From positions 1 through 64,000 of IMG/VR virus record IMGVR_UViG_3300034150_000083: a DNA stretch of 64,000 bases. The stretch is one strand, 5' to 3'. The translations under genes were made by a program, and so were the position numbers. The DNA comes from a virus. Lineage: Duplodnaviria; Caudoviricetes. This document shows positions 1-8,106 of the stretch, piece by piece (the first letter of the stretch is position 1; each line of letters opens with the position of its first letter). The notes under the pieces were generated by a model. It ran no database searches. It saw only the letters and a list, made by a program, of their open reading frames with translations, and had not been told where the DNA came from.

Positions 1-132
1 CTGTTCCGGCTGGATCGGCGACACTGCGCCGTCCAAGATCTCGCAAGCTTCCGCCTGCGAGGGTGCTTCGACCCGGAACCATTCGGTGATCAGCCGGGTC
101 CGGCGGATCACATAAATAGGGTCTTCGCTCAT
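1..132 (-). CDS. hypothetical protein, 5' part only (runs off window)
   Basis: ATG at 132 preceded on the minus strand by GAAAGGTGAAAC; open frame MSEDPIYVIRRTRLITEWFRVEAP... to base 1. Confidence 0.65.
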   Translation of the reverse strand, partial: MSEDPIYVIRRTRLITEWFRVEAPSQAEACEILDGAVSPIQPEQ

Positions 133-185
133 TCGTTTCACCTTTCTCCCGGCGGGTCCTTCGTTCGGAAAGACCCGCTCCTTTA

Positions 186-215
186 ATGTTAGTACCAATT
201 TCAACGAAACCGCAA
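186..215 (-). promoter_or_regulatory. sigma70-type promoter TTGCGG-18-TAACAT
   Basis: Hexamers read directly; upstream of a GCGGGTC/GACCCGC hairpin and the RBS of the 132 ORF. Confidence 0.5.
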
Positions 216-221
216 CACTAT

Positions 222-830
222 TTATACGCGCGTGAATCCCACGCTCGAAATGATGCCCAGTACCTCGGAGATGCACTCGGTATCGCCATGCAGTACTCCC
301 TCGGCGTCCTCGGCGGAATCCTCCCACACAACACCCATGGGTTCCAGCACGTTCCAGACGAACATGAACCCGTCGCAGTAGTCATCGAGGAACGAAATCC
401 CCTTGTGCCGGGTAGAGTTAGGGTCAGCCGCCATAGCCGCCATGGTGTCGATAGCCGTGCAGACCGCTTCCCACGATCCCGGCAACTTGGACGGGTCCGA
501 TTGCCACCACTTGCGGAAGTTCGCCCAAACCTCCACGGCAGCCGTCTGTTTTTCGGCAGCAGTCAGGATGCGCGGTGCCCGCTCGGGCACGCTCAGTTCT
601 TCCGGCGACGGTTCCACGATGATCCCGTAGCAGTATTGCTCCATGGCGTCATCGAAGTATTCGCGGATCATGTCGTCCTCATCAAGGTCCGCGTCTCCCC
701 CGCAGCGGATCACGTAGGCCACGAGGGCCCTCTCGGCTGCGTGCCGGGACTCATGCAGGGACACGCGCGCGGGCCTGCCTGCCCACGTATTCCCGCCGTC
801 TATCGTCAATGCCCATTCCAGATTTCTCAT
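222..830 (-). CDS. hypothetical early protein
   Basis: 202-aa ORF, SD AAGGAAGGTGA, overlaps stop of upstream ORF. Confidence 0.75.
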   Translation of the reverse strand: MRNLEWALTIDGGNTWAGRPARVSLHESRHAAERALVAYVIRCGGDADLDEDDMIREYFDDAMEQYCYGIIVEPSPEELSVPERAPRILTAAEKQTAAVEVWANFRKWWQSDPSKLPGSWEAVCTAIDTMAAMAADPNSTRHKGISFLDDYCDGFMFVWNVLEPMGVVWEDSAEDAEGVLHGDTECISEVLGIISSVGFTRV

Positions 831-1096
831 TTCGATTCACCTTCCTTGTTGTTTCCCGCCAGTGCCAGCAGTTCGGCTGCCGTCATCTCTACAAAATCAG
901 CCGTGCAAAGGTCCAAGTCCTCGCACTCGATCCCCAGATACCGTTCGACCGCTTCCGCTGCCTGCCAGTACACGTCCTTAGCGCGCGAGGCTTCGTTCAG
1001 CAGTGCCTGCAGGTCAGCCGTCCGTTGTCCGGCGTCAGCCGTCCGGCGTCCAACGTCAAGGCGGTACGCTTCCGGCCATTCGTTGCGGGCGCTCAT
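827..1096 (-). CDS. hypothetical protein
   Basis: Start MSARNEW overlaps the stop of the 1093-1389 ORF (ATGA coupling). Confidence 0.65.
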   Translation of the reverse strand: MSARNEWPEAYRLDVGRRTADAGQRTADLQALLNEASRAKDVYWQAAEAVERYLGIECEDLDLCTADFVEMTAAELLALAGNNKEGESK

Positions 1097-1389
1097 CGCG
1101 CCCTCCGATCCCGGCACCACACGCGACCCGCCGCGCAATCCTCGGCAAACCGAGCTCGGGCGCGCGATTCTTCCCGCTCAAAAGCCACCGCTTCACGAGC
1201 TGCAAAATCCGCTTCCTCGCACTCGGTATCCGTCTCGCAGCCGCCCAAAGTTTCCGCCGCGCGCAAACCTGGCGCATTGCCGGCATCGGCGGCCGCCACG
1301 AATTTCACGGTCGCCGCAGCCGTCAGAACGGCCACCAATAAGGCACCCGCCGCAGCGAGAACCACCACTTCCCACACTCTTGTACGCAT
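1093..1389 (-). CDS. small membrane-anchored or secreted protein with CETDTECE motif
   Basis: N-terminal hydrophobic helix VVVLAAAGALLVAVLTAAA; SD GAGGTGA/AAGGA. Confidence 0.7.
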   Translation of the reverse strand: MRTRVWEVVVLAAAGALLVAVLTAAATVKFVAAADAGNAPGLRAAETLGGCETDTECEEADFAAREAVAFEREESRARARFAEDCAAGRVWCRDRRAR

Positions 1390-1446
1390 TTTGTCCTTTT
1401 CACCTCAAATGGGCGTTTTGCCCCGAATCGGGAAGAATCCCACCGG

Positions 1447-1485
1447 AAAAATCGCGCCAGAATGCCCTGAGAGCTTCTGGCGCGA
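1447..1485 (-). terminator. rho-independent terminator
   Basis: 11-bp inverted repeat TCGCGCCAGAA/TTCTGGCGCGA (1452-1462, 1475-1485) followed by TTTTT on the minus strand, just after the stop at 1506. Confidence 0.7.
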
Positions 1486-1505
1486 CCCTAGTGACCCTGC
1501 CGGAC

Positions 1506-2048
1506 CTAGCCAAAAATGAAGATGTTGAGAATCCGGACCACTTCGCCCGCAAGGTCCGAAAGCACCATTTCGTCGTCGTCGTTGCCGTGCGCCTGCCGAT
1601 AGGCCCATGCAATCCGGTTGAACCCGTTGATAGCCGTCACGCAGTCCATGCCGCAGTTGGATCCCGGCGGGATATGGGACGGTCCTTCGACCGTCAGAGC
1701 TTTCACCAGACCGTCGTCCATGACATCGTAGAGTTGCGGATCGATCCGGTATCCGCCGCACCGGACCAGCCGCTGGGGTTTTTCCAGCGGTTGGTTGCAG
1801 GCAATCCAAGTACTGATGGCTTCCACGTCTTTTGAATCGCTGGGGATGTCCGACACCAGATTCTCTATCGGCGGGTGCCCCTCTAGGAAGTCTTCCTCAG
1901 ACTCGTAAACGTCGCCGCTCCACGTCTCGCCCGTTGTGCCGTACTGCTGCAGTCCGACCTGCAGGAACCCCGGATACTCTAGGGTCGCTTCTACGCCTCG
2001 GCGCGCCAGTTCCACCACTACCGCCAACTCAACTTCTAACGCATTCAT
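1506..2048 (-). CDS. hypothetical early protein
   Basis: Start MNALEVEL after GAAAGGTGAAAC; the ORF-track extension to 2555 overlaps another gene and is unlikely. Confidence 0.7.
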   Translation of the reverse strand: MNALEVELAVVVELARRGVEATLEYPGFLQVGLQQYGTTGETWSGDVYESEEDFLEGHPPIENLVSDIPSDSKDVEAISTWIACNQPLEKPQRLVRCGGYRIDPQLYDVMDDGLVKALTVEGPSHIPPGSNCGMDCVTAINGFNRIAWAYRQAHGNDDDEMVLSDLAGEVVRILNIFIFG

Positions 2049-2052
2049 ATAT

Positions 2053-2120
2053 GTTTCACCTTTCTCAAACTGTCCCGTGGGAAGAATCCCATCGAGTGCT
2101 CTGTCCGAATCAGAGCACTC
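2053..2120 (-). repeat. repeated intergenic module, copy 1 (GTGCTCTG-7-CAGAGCAC hairpin + GGGAAGAATCCCA + extended RBS)
   Basis: 23-bp exact match 2096-2118 = 3570-3592; GGGAAGWWTCCCA at 2079; GTTTCACCTTTC at 2053. Confidence 0.85.
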
Positions 2121-2134
2121 CGTGGAGTGCTTTC

Positions 2135-2881
2135 CTACCGCCCTGTGAGGGCCCTCGCGCGGGCCTCTGTGACTGGCAACGCCGCAATCTGGATCAGCGT
2201 AGCCTTGACCGACTTGGCACCGGACCCGTGTGGCGCAAACGTGATCACCCGTTTCGCCCTGCGAAGCCATGCGTCCTTCCAACACAGTTGGCACTCCAGA
2301 CACGTAACGCCGCGCGTCTGATTGGGACAGGGGACCATCGTCAGACCGTCCTGCTCGAAAGCCTTGCCGTCTGCCGGGTGCGATTCGACTACCAGCGCTG
2401 CGGCATAGCCCGCCCGCATAGCGCTCCGGACATCCTGCAACGTCTCGCACGATGCCAGCACCGACAACGCGCGACCCCATGACTTGCGGGCCACTATCCG
2501 CCACGTATGGCAGTAGGTCCAAGCCTTGCGCCCGCCGCGCCGGACATACCGCCACGTCGCCTTACCCACGATCCCCGCTGCCTCGTTGCTGCGGCAATCG
2601 CCCACAACATGCACCCGCAGATCGTAATCGCCCGATAGCGCGTCTATCGCCTTCGCCTCGTCGCGCGCGATGATCCGCGCGTCAATGGCGACCGTCTTCC
2701 CGCCCGCGAGTTTGTTCAGACCGTTCGTCCAGATGCCCGCATTCCCGTAGGACGCATAGCACCCTTCCAAGAACCAAGCGCAGAGTTTCCAGCACGAAGC
2801 CTGTGTTACCCACGTCGCCGAGCACCCAATCAGTTTCTCCGCGCCACTCTGCTCTACCGCGCGCGTATACTTCCAGAGCAT
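2135..2881 (-). CDS. phage Gp88-like cysteine-rich (probably Fe-S or Zn) protein
   Basis: SCWKLCAWFLEGCYA, LRVHVVGD, CPNQTRGVTCLECQLC, ITFAPHGSG motifs; TAATG coupling at 2881. Confidence 0.6.
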   Translation of the reverse strand: MLWKYTRAVEQSGAEKLIGCSATWVTQASCWKLCAWFLEGCYASYGNAGIWTNGLNKLAGGKTVAIDARIIARDEAKAIDALSGDYDLRVHVVGDCRSNEAAGIVGKATWRYVRRGGRKAWTYCHTWRIVARKSWGRALSVLASCETLQDVRSAMRAGYAAALVVESHPADGKAFEQDGLTMVPCPNQTRGVTCLECQLCWKDAWLRRAKRVITFAPHGSGAKSVKATLIQIAALPVTEARARALTGR

Positions 2882-3126
2882 TAGCGTGCCCCCCCCCAAA
2901 ACCGCACCGCACCCTGATAGCGCGATTCGGTCTTCACTACCAGCGGGTGCGACATCGCCCATTCGATCAGCGCTTGCCCCAGTTCCGCCGGACCCGCGAA
3001 CGTGCCCAATACCTGCAGTCCCTTCAGATCGAACGGTTGCTTTTCATTGGCACCGTACAAATGCGCCGAGGCGCAGCGTTGCCGCCGCGCCTCTACATAC
3101 ACCGTGATCGGATACGCCCGCTTCAT
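2881..3126 (-). CDS. hypothetical protein
   Basis: 81-aa ORF coupled to neighbours on both sides. Confidence 0.7.
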   Translation of the reverse strand: MKRAYPITVYVEARRQRCASAHLYGANEKQPFDLKGLQVLGTFAGPAELGQALIEWAMSHPLVVKTESRYQGAVRFWGGAR

Positions 3127-3290
3127 GATTCGATCCCCTTGATCAACTGATCGAGGATCAAACCGCGAACGTCGTTAGCGCGTGCCGCTGCCAGCGTGCG
3201 ATGTTCCTTCGTCTTCGTCTCGGCCAGTTCCTGCAGAGCATAGAGCACTGCGGGCCATTGATCGGACTCCAGCGCTACGTTGATCTTCAT
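3123..3290 (-). CDS. hypothetical protein (55 aa, not in ORF track)
   Basis: MKINVALESDQWPAVLYALQELAETKTKEHR...; ATGA overlaps at both ends. Confidence 0.7.
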   Translation of the reverse strand: MKINVALESDQWPAVLYALQELAETKTKEHRTLAAARANDVRGLILDQLIKGIES

Positions 3291-3526
3291 GCGGGCACCA
3301 TGTCCCAGCGCAACTTCGCCGGATTCGCCACGGGTCGCACGCTGCTCAACTCAAACCATGCCGTGCCATCGCCCGCCACGGGTGCGAGGAGCAAGCGATT
3401 CCTGCCCCACGAATTCTTCACGTCCAACACCGTCGCATCGATCCACAGATCGTTAGCGCGGAACTGCACCATCTGGCCGACCGCTATCACCATCTCGGTC
3501 GCCGTTCTCGCCGTCGTATTCATCAT
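3287..3526 (-). CDS. hypothetical small beta-barrel-like protein
   Basis: ATG after GAAAGGTGAAAC; VGQMVQFRANDLWIDATVLDVKNSWG pattern. Confidence 0.7.
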   Translation of the reverse strand: MMNTTARTATEMVIAVGQMVQFRANDLWIDATVLDVKNSWGRNRLLLAPVAGDGTAWFELSSVRPVANPAKLRWDMVPA

Positions 3527-3531
3527 TCGTC

Positions 3532-3593
3532 GTTTCACCTTTCAACTGATCGGGAAGTTTCCCAGTGTGGTGCTCTGTCCGAATCAGAGCACC
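3532..3593 (-). repeat. repeated intergenic module, copy 2
   Basis: GGTGCTCTG-TCCGAAT-CAGAGCACC (3569-3593), GGGAAGTTTCCCA (3552-3564), GTTTCACCTTTC (3532-3543). Confidence 0.85.
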
Positions 3594-3611
3594 CGCCGCG
3601 AGACTGCCAGA

Positions 3612-4355
3612 CTACCCGTCGTAGCGCGTTGTGCGTTGCGTAGGCGAAGCCATCATCGCGGTACACAACTCGGCAATCTTCATTGCCTGCGACCGCAGAT
3701 ACGACAACTGGCCGAGGTAGATCTGCTCATCAACATCGCCCTGCAGGCAGATGCGCGCCTTCGCCAAATGCTTCTCAACTTCGATGCCACGCACGTACCC
3801 GCTGTTGTCAACACCCGCACCCGGCAGCGGCATCGTCGCCGCTGCTTCCACTCGCACGTCTTCCGCCGTGATGAACCGCGTCTTCAGATGAGGAGCTACC
3901 TCTACCCGAATCTCGCCAAGATCCACGAGGGGCAAGTTCCGCCAATCCGATTCCATCGACGCGGGCACTTCCGTGGAACCCATCGGTTCCAATCCCTTGC
4001 GGAATTCCTCATAGTCGCTGATGATCTCCTGAGGTCCCGCCATCTTCGCGAAGTAGTTCTCAGGTTCGTCCGGACCATACACATACGTTTCCAGATCCTC
4101 GGAATCGTCGTGAGGGAATTCCGCAATCAGTATCCCCATCGCTTCCTCCGGAGTGAACGTCAACATGAACGGTTCCGCTTCCGGATCCTTGAACGTGAGC
4201 ACCCGCGTTACCGTCGTCGCCTTGAACCCCTTATCACTGATCCACGCACGCGCGCCAGCGATAGACGAGAACGGCCCGAAGGCTTCGTTCTCATCTGTCA
4301 CAACACAGAACCGATCCTGCTGATCACCCATTCCCGCCATGGGATAGCCCGCCAT
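3612..4355 (-). CDS. hypothetical acidic protein
   Basis: Start at 4355 directly after the stop of 4357-4653; protein-like composition. Confidence 0.7.
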   Translation of the reverse strand: MAGYPMAGMGDQQDRFCVVTDENEAFGPFSSIAGARAWISDKGFKATTVTRVLTFKDPEAEPFMLTFTPEEAMGILIAEFPHDDSEDLETYVYGPDEPENYFAKMAGPQEIISDYEEFRKGLEPMGSTEVPASMESDWRNLPLVDLGEIRVEVAPHLKTRFITAEDVRVEAAATMPLPGAGVDNSGYVRGIEVEKHLAKARICLQGDVDEQIYLGQLSYLRSQAMKIAELCTAMMASPTQRTTRYDG

Positions 4356-4356
4356 G

Positions 4357-4653
4357 TTATTTGTTCTCCTTCGCCCAACCACTCGCACCCTTGCCAGCAT
4401 TCTTGCTCTCGCAATCGCTATCGGTCGTGCAAGGCACCGCATTCTTCGCCCGGTAGCACCGCTTGCACTCGCGCAACCCATGCGCTTCCGCTTCCGCACG
4501 CTCAGACTTCAGAGCATGACGCCCGCCGAGGTTCCGCGCGCTACACGTTTCATTCTTGTGAAACACTCCGTTCTTTCCCGCAGTGCGGGCAAAGAAGACG
4601 GTATCCGCGAACATCGCGCCCGCCATCAACAAACCAATCAATACTTTCTTCAT
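4357..4653 (-). CDS. signal-peptide protein with Ada-type zinc-binding-like motif
   Basis: MKKVLIGLLMAGAMFA signal; FHKNETC...AEAHGLRECKRC resembles the H-x3-C...G-x2-C-x2-C Ada metal-binding pattern; CTTDSDCE near C-terminus. Confidence 0.6.
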   Translation of the reverse strand: MKKVLIGLLMAGAMFADTVFFARTAGKNGVFHKNETCSARNLGGRHALKSERAEAEAHGLRECKRCYRAKNAVPCTTDSDCESKNAGKGASGWAKENK

Positions 4654-4655
4654 GA

Positions 4656-4823
4656 CTACGCACCCTCCCGCATAGCCAACTCCGCCTGCTTCGTCATCAT
4701 TCCCTCCGCGTGATGCAACATCACCCATGCCGGGGAAGTGACCGGACCATCTTCCCGGTTCACCTCCGCCTTAGCCGCCGCGATCATCTTCGCCGCATCC
4801 ATCAAATCCTTGTATCGTTCCAT
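4656..4823 (-). CDS. hypothetical protein
   Basis: MERYKDLMDAAK start with AAAGGAA SD. Confidence 0.65.
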   Translation of the reverse strand: MERYKDLMDAAKMIAAAKAEVNREDGPVTSPAWVMLHHAEGMMTKQAELAMREGA

Positions 4824-4946
4824 GTTTTTGGTTCCTTTTCCTTTTCTCGGGGTATACCCCTGTATTGAAGATACCATTTTCAACCGTAAGGTTACACCCA
4901 TTACGCAAATATTATCGACCAATTTGCAGGCGGTAGAATCCCCAGC

Positions 4947-5741
4947 ATGGAATCGCTACCGAATCAACAGGATGCCGGACTCCCACCGCGCCAAGTAGGC
5001 CCCCGCTGCGGTGCCTGCTCTCATCCAGACCGCGAACGTCTTGACGCCTTGCTGGTTGCTGGCGACCGTACCTATATATCCCTCCAGGGAGAGTTTGGGA
5101 TTTCAGACTCGGTAATCCACCGACATAGCAAAACGTGCGTGCCTGCGAGACTGCTTCGAAATCAGGAAGCGCTTGTAAAAGAGAAAGATGCAGCGTTCCG
5201 GCACCTTGCTATCACGCATTCCGCCAACAGACTCGCGAGAATTCAGCGACGTTCCGAGCAGCTTGAGGAAATCGTCCGCGCGCGGGCAGCCGCCGCGATT
5301 CCGGAACATCCTGGCGACCACACCGGACTCCTTCTTAAGAAGACCCGATCTATAAAGATCGGGCGGGATGCGTTTCGGGAAGTGATCGATCTGGAGCTTG
5401 ATTCCGCTCTCTTAGTAGAAGAGCGACAGTTGGAGCGTGCCGCAGCGATTGAGACGGGTGAATGGCTGGCGCAGAACGGCAAGGGTGCCTTCGGATCGGC
5501 AGAAGGTGGCCGGGGTCCACTCGTTGTGGTGCTCTCATCTGGATTGCAGATGCTGCCGGGGGATGCGCCGGACACCGCGAGACACCGGATCATGGACGCA
5601 AGGCGCAAGGCAACGCCTACCGCAGCAGAGTCCGAGGCAATTCCCCTTGCGATGGTGGACGTAGAGCTTCCTTCTATAGAAGAGTGCGAGGGTGCGAGTA
5701 CCCGCGAAGGTACATTGTCGGGTCTTCCTGATGAGGAGTGA
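4947..5741 (+). CDS. putative terminase small subunit (Zn-finger/HTH N-terminus)
   Basis: CGACSHPDRERLDALLVAG...FGISDSVIHRH pattern typical of phage terS-like HTH proteins; first rightward gene upstream of terL. Confidence 0.55.
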   Translation: MESLPNQQDAGLPPRQVGPRCGACSHPDRERLDALLVAGDRTYISLQGEFGISDSVIHRHSKTCVPARLLRNQEALVKEKDAAFRHLAITHSANRLARIQRRSEQLEEIVRARAAAAIPEHPGDHTGLLLKKTRSIKIGRDAFREVIDLELDSALLVEERQLERAAAIETGEWLAQNGKGAFGSAEGGRGPLVVVLSSGLQMLPGDAPDTARHRIMDARRKATPTAAESEAIPLAMVDVELPSIEECEGASTREGTLSGLPDEE

Positions 5742-6017
5742 GTGATGGTGTGGGCACCAGGTTCATTGTGAGGGCCCTCGTGAGGGCTCGCTCCTCGTGC
5801 TGCGGGCTTCCTTCTTGATGTGGGCTGCGACGTGGCCGGGCCTCGAGCCGGGCCGGCACCCATGCCCCGCGAATCGCGGGTCCCGCGCGGGCCGGCGTAA
5901 AGGGTGTATCGCCGGATAAGTGAAGTACAGATTCTCGAGTCCGCGGTGTAGGTGGTATGGGGCCGACCCTGGACACTGCGGGGAGTGTAGGAGGGATGTA
6001 GGAGGAGTGTGGGAGTT

Positions 6018-6218
6018 ATGAAGAGTAGGGAAGAGCGGCTGGCGATCGCGGAGGAGCTTGTCTGGCGGATCGACACGGTGGCGTTGTTGAAGGTGGAGGA
6101 GGTGAGGGACATTTACGCGAGGGCGCTGGCAGGGGAGTGGGATGGGATCTTCGATGGGGAGGGGGGTACTTCCCATTTTGGGAGAGGATTTGCGGCCGGG
6201 GCGCACCGCCCGGCCTGA
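6018..6218 (+). CDS. hypothetical protein
   Basis: GGGAG SD before ATG; helical protein-like sequence. Confidence 0.45.
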   Translation: MKSREERLAIAEELVWRIDTVALLKVEEVRDIYARALAGEWDGIFDGEGGTSHFGRGFAAGAHRPA

Positions 6219-6737
6219 GTTAGGTACGGATGGGTGCGAGTAGTTCTAGTTACCCCGTGGGGGGTTTTGTGGTGGGTCCCCTTTTTGAGGGTGGTGGAGG
6301 TTTTGTAGGTTTTGTAGCCCCCTATGATCCCCCGCACGGGACTACGCTCCTATGGTTTCGCGGCGGGCCGAGTTGGAGAGCTGGGGAGCAGCTCTGAGGC
6401 TACAGTTTCGGAGTTCTCTTAACTTCGTTGAACTCTTGAAGATAGTCGTTTTGAGGCGTTTCTTCGTGCTGTAGCAGCCCGAACTGGGGGTCCCATGGGT
6501 CATTCACCCACATGTTTGGTATTGCAGAGGCCGCCAGGTCGACGATCGGAGCCGTCCCGCTTTGAGGTGTTATCGCCGAGCGCCACGGGGAGCGGATCGG
6601 CGTGGCCGTATACGGCGCAGAGCTTGTTCCAGAAAGCGCAGAGCCGGTCTGGCGCGTCTGGTTTGGGACATCTGCAACGGTCATGGTCGATAACGGGACT
6701 ATCATGCGCCTGAAAGGGGATCGAGCGCAACTACGAA

Positions 6738-6767
6738 TTGACTTGTGCGCAAAGCGATCTTTATGAT
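6738..6767 (+). promoter_or_regulatory. sigma70-type promoter TTGACT-18-TATGAT with TGTGCGCAAAG in the spacer
   Basis: Hexamers read directly. Confidence 0.5.
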
Positions 6768-6855
6768 ACGCTCGGGCTGGCCGTCAGAGTCTTTAACACA
6801 CGGGTGCCCTCGGTAATCAGATTGCTGGGGGCGTTCGTGTTTCTGGGGCTGCCTC

Positions 6856-6884
6856 TTGCGGCTTTGCGCAAAACCTCCTACACT
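6856..6884 (+). promoter_or_regulatory. sigma70-type promoter TTGCGG-17-TACACT with TTTGCGCAAA operator in spacer
   Basis: Hexamers and 10-bp palindrome (6863-6872) read directly; precedes SD GAGGTGA and GTG at 6906. Confidence 0.7.
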
Positions 6885-6905
6885 CACCGATGAGGTGAAG
6901 TTGCA

Positions 6906-7133
6906 GTGGATCAATGCAGAATTTGCGGGACGGACCTGGCGAAGGACCTGTTTGCTTACGTGGCGCAGAAGCCAACGTGTTGTGTTTGCACGGCGGCATA
7001 CGTAGGCGGGGATTTCTCGGAGGCGAGGATAGAGGCGGTGCGGAAGTTTCTGCGTTTGGGGCCGGGGGAGTATCTGGGGGAGGTCGAGAGCCGGGAGGTA
7101 GCGGCGCACATCCTGGGGAGGATGGGGCGATGA
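6906..7133 (+). CDS. small zinc-finger protein
   Basis: CRIC...CCVC motifs; SD GAGGTGA. Confidence 0.7.
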   Translation: MDQCRICGTDLAKDLFAYVAQKPTCCVCTAAYVGGDFSEARIEAVRKFLRLGPGEYLGEVESREVAAHILGRMGR

Positions 7134-7792
7134 CGGGGGATCCTTTCGAGGTGTTTGCGGCGGGCCGGACGTATGAGGAGATTGAGGAGCAGGAAGTGGC
7201 GGATGACCGGGACGCGGTTACGCCCGTTACGGGAGTTACGCCTTCGCAGGCGGCGATTTTGGGGTTGCGGAAGAAGTTGAAGTGGACGCAGAGGGAGATG
7301 GCGAACTGGTTGGGGGTGAGTGTGATTTCGGTGTGCCGGTGGGAGACGGTGAGGCCGCCGAAGGGGTTGAGTCTGATGAAGTTGATCGGGCTGGCGCGGA
7401 GCGTCAAGGCGGCCGAGGAGGAAGCGGTATTTGAGGAGGCGCTGGCCACGGTGCGGGTGCCGCGGCTCGAGGTGGAGTACCGGGTCCAGGGGGGAGGGGA
7501 AAAGAAGATGGTGACGGTGGCGTGGGTCCGGCTGCGGGCGGTGACGGGGGCGCGGCTGGCGTTCAACTTGAAAGAGATCTCCGTGGTGCAGGAGGGTCCC
7601 GAGGGCGGGGATCCGGGGTGTTATATCGAGACGACGGGGGCTTCGGGCGAGGAACCGTGGGAGGTCCGCGAGGATTTCGACGAGGTGATGACGTTGATGG
7701 GGGTGGCCGAGGGCGACCAGCTCGAAGACGTGGAACGCCGGGGCGTGGAACGTCTCGTGAAACATCAGCAGAAAAGCGTGGAACGTCTGTGA
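7130..7792 (+). CDS. XRE-family helix-turn-helix transcriptional regulator
   Basis: LRKKLKWTQREMANWLGVSVISVCRWE is a canonical XRE HTH. Confidence 0.8.
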   Translation: MTGDPFEVFAAGRTYEEIEEQEVADDRDAVTPVTGVTPSQAAILGLRKKLKWTQREMANWLGVSVISVCRWETVRPPKGLSLMKLIGLARSVKAAEEEAVFEEALATVRVPRLEVEYRVQGGGEKKMVTVAWVRLRAVTGARLAFNLKEISVVQEGPEGGDPGCYIETTGASGEEPWEVREDFDEVMTLMGVAEGDQLEDVERRGVERLVKHQQKSVERL

Positions 7793-7796
7793 AACA
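7729..7796 (+). repeat. cluster of CGTGGAAC/GTGAAACA direct repeats
   Basis: CGTGGAACG at 7729, 7744, 7777; GTGAAACA at 7757 and 7789. Confidence 0.75.
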
Positions 7797-7811
7797 AGGG
7801 GATAGCTGGCT

Positions 7812-8042
7812 ATGACGGTACTCGAAAAGCTGAAGGAGCTGAAGGCGGCGCTCGATGGGTCGCGCCTGCCGTGGGCAACCGAGGTTGACGAAGGAACAAC
7901 CTCGGTTGTGGTCAGGGTTCCGATGAGGGACGGGCTGACGGGTCCGGTGATGCAGGTGATTCTGGAGGCGGGGTTGAAACCTTACGGCGCCCGGGCCACT
8001 TCCAGAGGGCTGGAACTGTTCGTCGAAGCTTTTCCCAGTTGA
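7812..8042 (+). CDS. hypothetical protein
   Basis: 76-aa protein-like ORF continuing the operon. Confidence 0.6.
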   Translation: MTVLEKLKELKAALDGSRLPWATEVDEGTTSVVVRVPMRDGLTGPVMQVILEAGLKPYGARATSRGLELFVEAFPS

Positions 8043-8106
8043 AGTGGGCGAAGGCGAAGACGTTCACGAGGATGAAGAATCCTACGGCGGCGAAGAAGAT
8101 GTCCAT
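7912..8106 (-). CDS. small membrane protein (convergent overlap with 7812-8042)
   Basis: MDIFFAAVGFFILVNVFAFA hydrophobic helix; start overlaps stop of 8106-8480. Confidence 0.45.
   Translation of the reverse strand: MDIFFAAVGFFILVNVFAFAHFNWEKLRRTVPALWKWPGRRKVSTPPPESPASPDPSARPSSEP

Noticed and set aside
186-1835. Long plus-strand ORFs over the early region (186-1835, 3201-4655)
   Set aside because: Antisense shadows of real minus-strand genes that have SDs and coupling; sequence is not protein-like
6400-6730. Overlapping ORFs 6400-6705, 6495-6713, 6500-6730
   Set aside because: No convincing RBS or motif; could not decide which, if any, is real
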